From NCBI RefSeq assembly GCF_900199515.1, contig NZ_LT963434.1:1472180-1504179 (forward strand): a stretch of 32,000 nucleotides of DNA, written 5' to 3'. The position numbers and the translations under genes were made by a program. This DNA is from Massilicoli timonensis. GTDB lineage: Bacteria; Bacillota_I; Bacilli_A; Erysipelotrichales; Erysipelotrichaceae. Shown piece by piece: positions 26,932-32,000 of this stretch. Each line of letters starts with the position of its first letter. Position 1 is the first letter of the stretch. Under the pieces are notes generated by a model that was not told the DNA's origin, did not search any database, and saw only the letters and a list, made by a program, of their open reading frames with translations.

Positions 26932-26948
26932 TATAGTCAGACTATAAT
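26932..26948 (+). promoter_or_regulatory. Perfect palindrome overlapping the -10 box of the maturase operon (candidate operator)
   Basis: TATAGTC-A-GACTATA (26932-26946) has 7-bp arms. TATAAT at 26943-26948 shares 4 nt with the right arm. There is no good -35, which suggests activator dependence. Confidence 0.45.
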
Positions 26949-27003
26949 GTAATGTGTGATTGATTTGATAATTTTTTGGGGACTTTTTGAGGGGAGGGAT
27001 TTG

Positions 27004-28404
27004 ATGCAAACAAGACCTTTCATTCAATTATTTAAGACCACGTCGCATTATTATTTTTACGATGCGTACGTCAATCAAATCTCTGAACTCTCCGCAGCCG
27101 GCTATCAGTATTTGAAAGAGCATCAAATGATTGATTGTTTTTATAATGAAGAAATAGCACAATTATATAAAGAAGGATTTTTGCATGAAAATCCTATTTT
27201 AACATTTCAGCATCCGGCTACGGATTTCGTTGAAGATCTTACGACAAGAAAAGCAGGCACATTGGTCTTACAAATAACGCAGAACTGCAATTTACGCTGT
27301 TCCTACTGCCCTTACTCGCAAAGCGGCGAAAAACACAGGCATCACACCAATCAAAATATGAGCTGGGAGACCGCTAAGAAAGCAGTCGATTTCTACTATG
27401 ATAAATCCATCGATGCCGATACGGCAAATATTTCTTTTTACGGTGGAGAGCCGTTGCTGCAGTTTTCTTTGATGAAAGCAGTCGTCGCCTATTCCAAAAA
27501 GAAATTTGAAGGGAAGAAATGTGTGTTCAGCATTACGACCAACGCAACATTATTGACAAAAGAAATTGCCGATTTTTTGATTACAAATGAGTTTCGTCTG
27601 GCAATCAGTTTAGATGGAGATAAAGAAAGCAATGATCGCAATCGTAAATTTGTTTCTCAAAAAGGCAGCGTATTCGAGAAAGTCATCGAAACATTGCAGT
27701 ATCTCTATGAAAACGCACCGGAATTTGCGAAAAAGATCAACTTAAGCATGGTGATCGATCAAAGAAAAGATCTGAAAGGATTTCTGCATCTGTTTCGGGA
27801 ATATCCGTTTCTGAATCAAATGCAGATCAGCGTCAGCTTAATTGAAGATGATTATTTGGAAAATGAGGTTAGAGAGTCGAAAGCTTTTTATGAAGAATTT
27901 AGCTATTATCGTTTCTTGTCTTATTTAAGTGTCATATCTCCGCTGGATTTTACTGAAGATCTTAAATTTTTCGCTTCGATGAAAGAGAGCTATAAAAAAT
28001 TGGTGCTGCCATTTCAAGCGTCCGCAATCGGTAAAACGGCAATTCCAAGCGGGCAGTGCATTCCGGGCAATACCAAAGTAATGGTAACGGTGCAGGGCAA
28101 ATTATTCCCTTGTGAAAAAGTGAGCGAACGCAGAGAGGATTATTGCATCGGCACGCTTGATACAGGATATGACTACGAAAAGATAAAGGAAATCCTGAAT
28201 TTTTCAAGATATACCTTTGCCCTTTGTCGAAACTGTCCGGCCTTTCGTGAATGCACGCTCTGTTTCAAAACACACGGAGCGGGCGGTTTTAGCAGTACCG
28301 CTACCAAGATGAAATACTGTGCATTATGCAAACAGAATTTCGTTGAAGATTTGCGGGTACGCATGTATTTTAAGGAAATGGCGGATTGGAAAGGACGTGG
28401 ATAA
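27004..28404 (+). CDS. Radical SAM / SPASM-domain peptide maturase (CcpM-like, Cys-rich-peptide maturase type)
   Basis: CNLRCSYCPY (CxxxCxxC) follows a ~95-aa N-terminal domain. A GGEPLL motif is present. The C-terminal auxiliary-cluster cysteines are CIPGN...FPCEK, CRNCPAFRECTLC and YCALC. The ATG at 27004 follows GAGGGGAGGG; the track's GTG extension is unsupported. Confidence 0.85.
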   Translation: MQTRPFIQLFKTTSHYYFYDAYVNQISELSAAGYQYLKEHQMIDCFYNEEIAQLYKEGFLHENPILTFQHPATDFVEDLTTRKAGTLVLQITQNCNLRCSYCPYSQSGEKHRHHTNQNMSWETAKKAVDFYYDKSIDADTANISFYGGEPLLQFSLMKAVVAYSKKKFEGKKCVFSITTNATLLTKEIADFLITNEFRLAISLDGDKESNDRNRKFVSQKGSVFEKVIETLQYLYENAPEFAKKINLSMVIDQRKDLKGFLHLFREYPFLNQMQISVSLIEDDYLENEVRESKAFYEEFSYYRFLSYLSVISPLDFTEDLKFFASMKESYKKLVLPFQASAIGKTAIPSGQCIPGNTKVMVTVQGKLFPCEKVSERREDYCIGTLDTGYDYEKIKEILNFSRYTFALCRNCPAFRECTLCFKTHGAGGFSSTATKMKYCALCKQNFVEDLRVRMYFKEMADWKGRG

Positions 28405-28405
28405 G

Positions 28406-29461
28406 ATGGGGAAAACAGTGATCTTTCCATTTACGCTGGAGAACAGCAGCTTCTGTCAGGCATATTTAGATCAAGATGACGCCTGTGTGCTCGCATCCTT
28501 ATCGGGAACCGGTACGATCGATCAAAGCATTGGCAAAGCGCTGAATCGTTTGGATGGTACAGGCAGGATCGTCGATATCCACAGCATAGACCTTCGTGAG
28601 GTCGATAAGATCATTCTGCTTGAAAGCAAAAACAGCGAACTATATGAACACATTGACGAACTGCTTGTGAAATGGAATGCCTATCAAATAGAAGTGATCA
28701 GTTTTTCAGATAAATGCAGAGAGTTCATGCCGATGGCTGTTTTGCAGTGTCGTGATTTTCATGTTACTGATTCCTATCACTATGTGTTTATCGACAAGCC
28801 GATCATTTTTGTCGGTGGTATCAAAGAAACATCTGAAATTGCATGGCTCTCTTATCAGATCAAAAAAAGATTCGAGAAAAGAAAGCTCAAAAGCATCGTG
28901 ATTTCCCGATACGGATACAGCATCGATCAAGAATGCTATCCATATCCCGATGAATTTGTATCCGATCGTATAAGCGCAGAGTATAAAGTCTTACTGCTGA
29001 ATCAGTATCTGCAGTTTCTGATCCGAAAGCATGAACCGGATGTCATACTCATCGAAGTGATCGGTGGACCGTTAAGATTTGATTATCATGTATTTAATTA
29101 TTTCGGTGTCTATTACTATATCACTTCACAGGCGGTAAGCGCCGACTTATTTCTATGCACACTGCCGATCGGCGAATATGACGATGCGTATTTTATGAAG
29201 CTGAATGATTATATCCGACATAAATTTGATCTTACGATCGACGCTGCCTGTTTGATGAATATCAAATTTGAAGATAGTTTGAGCGTCACGATCGAAAATG
29301 ATGATGAATACTACTATGTATCTGATTCGATCTTGCAGCGATACTTAGAAAAGAACAGACAGGTGCGGGTCGTTCCTTTCGGCGCATGCACAGATGAAAG
29401 TTATTTAGACGCGGTATTTGCCGCCATATTGAAAAAACTGGAAGGTGCAGAAGATGAATGA
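28406..29461 (+). CDS. Peptide-maturation-system protein of unknown function (accessory partner of CcpM-type maturases)
   Basis: 351 aa, with its ATG 1 nt after the maturase stop. I see no recognisable catalytic motif. The position between the rSAM and ACP-like genes matches my recollection of a conserved clostridial cassette. Confidence 0.55.
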   Translation: MGKTVIFPFTLENSSFCQAYLDQDDACVLASLSGTGTIDQSIGKALNRLDGTGRIVDIHSIDLREVDKIILLESKNSELYEHIDELLVKWNAYQIEVISFSDKCREFMPMAVLQCRDFHVTDSYHYVFIDKPIIFVGGIKETSEIAWLSYQIKKRFEKRKLKSIVISRYGYSIDQECYPYPDEFVSDRISAEYKVLLLNQYLQFLIRKHEPDVILIEVIGGPLRFDYHVFNYFGVYYYITSQAVSADLFLCTLPIGEYDDAYFMKLNDYIRHKFDLTIDAACLMNIKFEDSLSVTIENDDEYYYVSDSILQRYLEKNRQVRVVPFGACTDESYLDAVFAAILKKLEGAEDE

Positions 29462-29723
29462 ACGTGAATGGATAGCGGAATTGGAGAAGATATTAGAAAC
29501 GATCTATCAAAAAAAGATCAGGATCGAAACGGTACTGTCAAACAGTCTGTTTGGCGCACCGTATTACTTTACGGCAATCGAACTGGTGTATTTCGTGTAT
29601 TTGCTGGAGAATGATTATTCGATCGCTTTTGACAAAAAATTCTTCTTAGATCGCAGCAATCTTTCTATGCAGGATCTCTTGACGTATTTGGTGCAGGCGA
29701 CGAATAAAAATTCAATAAACTGA
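29454..29723 (+). CDS. Acyl-carrier-protein-related small protein lacking the phosphopantetheine serine
   Basis: 89 aa. The helix pattern ...LFGAPYYFTAIELVYFVYLLENDYSIAF...MQDLLTYL parallels ACP ...DLGLDSLDxVELVMxLEEEFGIEI...V.DLv.Yi, but DSL is replaced by YYF. It overlaps the previous gene by 8 nt. Confidence 0.55.
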   Translation: MNEREWIAELEKILETIYQKKIRIETVLSNSLFGAPYYFTAIELVYFVYLLENDYSIAFDKKFFLDRSNLSMQDLLTYLVQATNKNSIN

Positions 29724-29743
29724 GAAAGAAAGGAGGGAATGAG

Positions 29744-29911
29744 ATGTTGAAGAAAGTAAACAAAGCGACTTTGATGACAACGGAAATTGCGCCGAAGGCA
29801 ACTTGTTACTGTAAGGCGACTTGCTTTGGACCGGCTTCTGAGAGATCGAATTTTTATGAAGCTAATCAACAAGCTGCTTCTAGATACGGCAAAGTTTCAG
29901 ATGTTCAGTAA
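29744..29911 (+). CDS. Unannotated 55-aa RiPP precursor peptide (three Cys in a CYCKATC core)
   Basis: Manual translation gives MLKKVNKATLMTTEIAPKATCYCKATCFGPASERSNFYEANQQAASRYGKVSDVQ*. The RBS AAAGGAGGG (29729-29737) sits 6 nt before the ATG. It is the last gene of the maturase operon and is followed by a GC-rich hairpin. It falls below the ORF-track cutoff. Confidence 0.7.
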   Translation: MLKKVNKATLMTTEIAPKATCYCKATCFGPASERSNFYEANQQAASRYGKVSDVQ

Positions 29912-29920
29912 TCATGGGCA

Positions 29921-29953
29921 ATAGGGGGGAGTACAGGGTTTTGCTCCCCCTAT
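29921..29953 (+). terminator. GC-rich hairpin after the precursor gene (attenuator / stabiliser; no clear U-tail)
   Basis: ATAGGGGGGAG (29921-29931) pairs with CTCCCCCTAT (29944-29953) across a 12-nt loop. Confidence 0.5.
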
Positions 29954-30021
29954 GTCATAATAAAAGAAAAACAATCATAACGAATTGATAAAGAGATATA
30001 GATTAAGAGGAGGGATCAAAT

Positions 30022-30915
30022 ATGGAAAAGATCGTAGAAATTAAGGGATTATGCAAAAAATTCGGTAAGACTGAGGTACTGCATGACGTATCATTTGATA
30101 TTTATGAAGATGAGATCGTCGGATTTATCGGACCAAACGGAGCCGGTAAAAGTACGACAATGAAATGTATGTGCAATCTGATCTTTCCAAGCGCAGGTAC
30201 GATAAAGATATGCGGCTATGACATCGTAAAAGAAAGAGAAAAAGCATTGGCAAAACAGTCCTCGTTGATCGAAACTCCGGGATTGTTTCCAAATTTGACC
30301 GGAAAAGAAAACATCGAATATTTTGCCTCTTATAAAAAAATACCGCAGTCTAAAATAGAAGAGATCATTCAATTCATGAATTTAGGCGATGGTCTTTACA
30401 GACGAACCGCAAAATATTCACTGGGAATGAAACAGCGATTGGCGTTAGGGATCGCCTTGTTATCCGACCCGAAATTGTTGATCTTGGATGAACCGACCAA
30501 CGGGCTGGATCCGGCAGGTGTATTTGACCTTAGAAATCAGTTAAAAACACTGGCAAAAGAAAAGCATGTATCCATACTGGTATCCTCTCATCAGTTAGGA
30601 GAATTAGAGAAAATATCCGACCGCTATATTTGCATCAACAAAGGAAAGATCGTAGAAAATCCAAAGCAGATGAAAAATGACAGCTGCTATCACATTACAA
30701 TGAAAAAAACAGAGCAAGTGGAAAAGTTGATGGAACAGGCAGCATCTGTCTACTCTTACACTTATCAGGAAAACGGATATGTCATACTGGTAAAAGAAAA
30801 TCACAAAATACAGGATATTTTGCATTTATTTCAAAAAGAACAGATCGAATATGAGGACATCACGAAAAAAGTCATTGATATTGAAACCATGTATAGTGAA
30901 CTATATGAGGCATGA
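30022..30915 (+). CDS. ABC-2 type transporter ATP-binding protein (bacteriocin export/immunity type)
   Basis: Walker A GPNGAGKST, signature YSLGMKQRLAL, Walker B LLILDEPTNGLD, H-loop SSHQ. RBS is AAGAGGAGGG. Confidence 0.85.
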   Translation: MEKIVEIKGLCKKFGKTEVLHDVSFDIYEDEIVGFIGPNGAGKSTTMKCMCNLIFPSAGTIKICGYDIVKEREKALAKQSSLIETPGLFPNLTGKENIEYFASYKKIPQSKIEEIIQFMNLGDGLYRRTAKYSLGMKQRLALGIALLSDPKLLILDEPTNGLDPAGVFDLRNQLKTLAKEKHVSILVSSHQLGELEKISDRYICINKGKIVENPKQMKNDSCYHITMKKTEQVEKLMEQAASVYSYTYQENGYVILVKENHKIQDILHLFQKEQIEYEDITKKVIDIETMYSELYEA

Positions 30916-30917
30916 TC

Positions 30918-32000
30918 ATGTTAAAGTTAGAATTGAAACGACTGTTTAAGAGTCCGAAAAATATAGGGGTCGTCTTCTGTATGATCGTGTTTTCGTTTTT
31001 TATCCTGTACCAGTTGAATGAAAAAAGAGTCGAATATGATGAAGTGCAGTTAAAGGAACTGTATGCGGCGAGTGCGATTGCCAAACAAGAAAAAGAACAA
31101 CTGAAATATGTAGAAGAAACGCCGGAAGTGGCAGAAGCAAATGAGTATTGGGATTTCGAGGGCAGATATGCCAGTTATCTGCGCGGAAAATTTAATCCTC
31201 TAAGCGATAAAGATATTTTTACGAAAGAAGAACGAACTACCCTTGAAAAAGATCGTTATCGGCACATATTAGATGCGTGGGATAAAGAATACAATAAGGC
31301 ATATTTGGAACTTGCCAAGACACAGAAGGAATTGAAAAAAGAAATCATATTGCGAGAGTATTTGTTGGGACATAAGATCGAGCAGTATGATACGCCGTAT
31401 GAAGTAAATACGATGAACTATTTAGTGAATTTCTTTCAATCACCGAATGTATTTGTCTTTCTGATTTTAATCGCATTTGCTTCGATCGATGTCATTACCA
31501 AGGATTTTGACTGTGATAGTTATAAACCGTTATATACGATGCCGGTTGCCAGAAAGAAAATTATTCGATCAAAGGTCGAAGCGGTATTGTTGTTTGCGCT
31601 GTTTGCGATTAGTGTTGCCATTCTCCTGCCGTCAGTTGCGGCCGCATGGATCGGTGGAACAGGAACTTTGGAATATCCGCAAGTGATGGAAGATTTCAGT
31701 ATATGGATCGCATTTGATTATGTGCTGAAATGTATGTTGATCTTGCTGGTATTGATTTTGTTTACGATTTCTGTCATTACTTTGGTATCTGTTTCTTTAA
31801 GAAACGGTACATCGGCAATGATGGCGATCGGTTCCTATTTCATTATTTTATATTGCATGAGTGAATTAGAACTTCGCTTCCCCAATGTTTTATACTATAT
31901 TCCGCTTTTCTCTGTTGATGTTGCTTATACCGTTAATGTCAAATACTTTTCGATCCTGCTGTTCAGTGTTTGTTCGCTGTTTATGATTATATTAAGCATC
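30918..32000 (+). CDS. ABC-2 type transporter permease (partial, runs off the window)
   Basis: The ATG lies 2 nt after the ATPase stop. My translation is open for 361 codons to the window end. TM1 (GVVFCMIVFSFFILY) is followed by a ~165-aa charged helical loop and then several TM segments. It is absent from the ORF track because no stop lies in the window. Confidence 0.7.
   Translation, partial: MLKLELKRLFKSPKNIGVVFCMIVFSFFILYQLNEKRVEYDEVQLKELYAASAIAKQEKEQLKYVEETPEVAEANEYWDFEGRYASYLRGKFNPLSDKDIFTKEERTTLEKDRYRHILDAWDKEYNKAYLELAKTQKELKKEIILREYLLGHKIEQYDTPYEVNTMNYLVNFFQSPNVFVFLILIAFASIDVITKDFDCDSYKPLYTMPVARKKIIRSKVEAVLLFALFAISVAILLPSVAAAWIGGTGTLEYPQVMEDFSIWIAFDYVLKCMLILLVLILFTISVITLVSVSLRNGTSAMMAIGSYFIILYCMSELELRFPNVLYYIPLFSVDVAYTVNVKYFSILLFSVCSLFMIILSI

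Noticed and set aside
26781-27003. Additional precursor-like small ORFs in the divergent intergenic region (for example MRWNGFI*, MQKHKMYRFL*)
   Set aside because: They are 7-9 codons long, have no RBS and contain no Cys. They are not credible genes.
1-32000. CRISPR arrays, tRNA/rRNA genes, IS elements with terminal inverted repeats
   Set aside because: I saw no regularly spaced direct repeats, no cloverleaf-like or rRNA-like conserved stretches, and no transposase or integrase ORFs while reading both strands.

Overview
This is a chromosomal segment from a Bacillota-type genome, judged from GGAGG ribosome-binding sites, intrinsic terminators and tightly packed operons. A PotA with a large insertion and a PotC-PotD fusion hint at an Erysipelotrichia/Mollicutes-related lineage, but that is unverified.

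Positions 1-18.3 kb are mostly housekeeping:
- a yybP-ykoY-like Mn2+ riboswitch leader in front of a P2-type cation ATPase
- two translationally coupled small membrane zinc-ribbon proteins
- mnmG
- an AlaX-like tRNA-editing protein
- a minus-strand mannose-family PTS operon (IIC-IID-IIB-nagA) with a divergent GntR/HutC regulator
- an XRE-cupin regulator followed by potA-potB-potCD
- murA

Positions 18.3-20.5 kb hold a small AbiEi/AbiEii (type IV toxin-antitoxin / abortive infection) islet between convergent core genes. A DUF1846 protein and a fused ABC exporter follow.

Positions 24.2-32 kb look accessory and visibly more AT-rich. The main find is here, and rests on two small genes missing from the ORF track:
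1. A 55-aa Cys-containing precursor peptide (29744-29911) closes a radical-SAM/SPASM maturase operon. That operon also encodes a maturation protein of unknown function and an ACP-like protein lacking the carrier serine, and is followed by an ABC-2 transporter.
2. A 45-aa Sec-signal peptide (26628-26765, minus strand) sits divergently, with its own extended -10 promoter. It lies just upstream of a 414-aa helical-repeat protein that may be an RNPP/NprR-like regulator.

A perfect 15-bp palindrome overlaps the -10 of the maturase operon. Together this suggests a peptide-signal-controlled RiPP locus whose product chemistry is uncharacterised.

I found no rRNA, tRNA, CRISPR array or intact IS element. 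All family assignments come from by-eye motif recognition; no searches were run.
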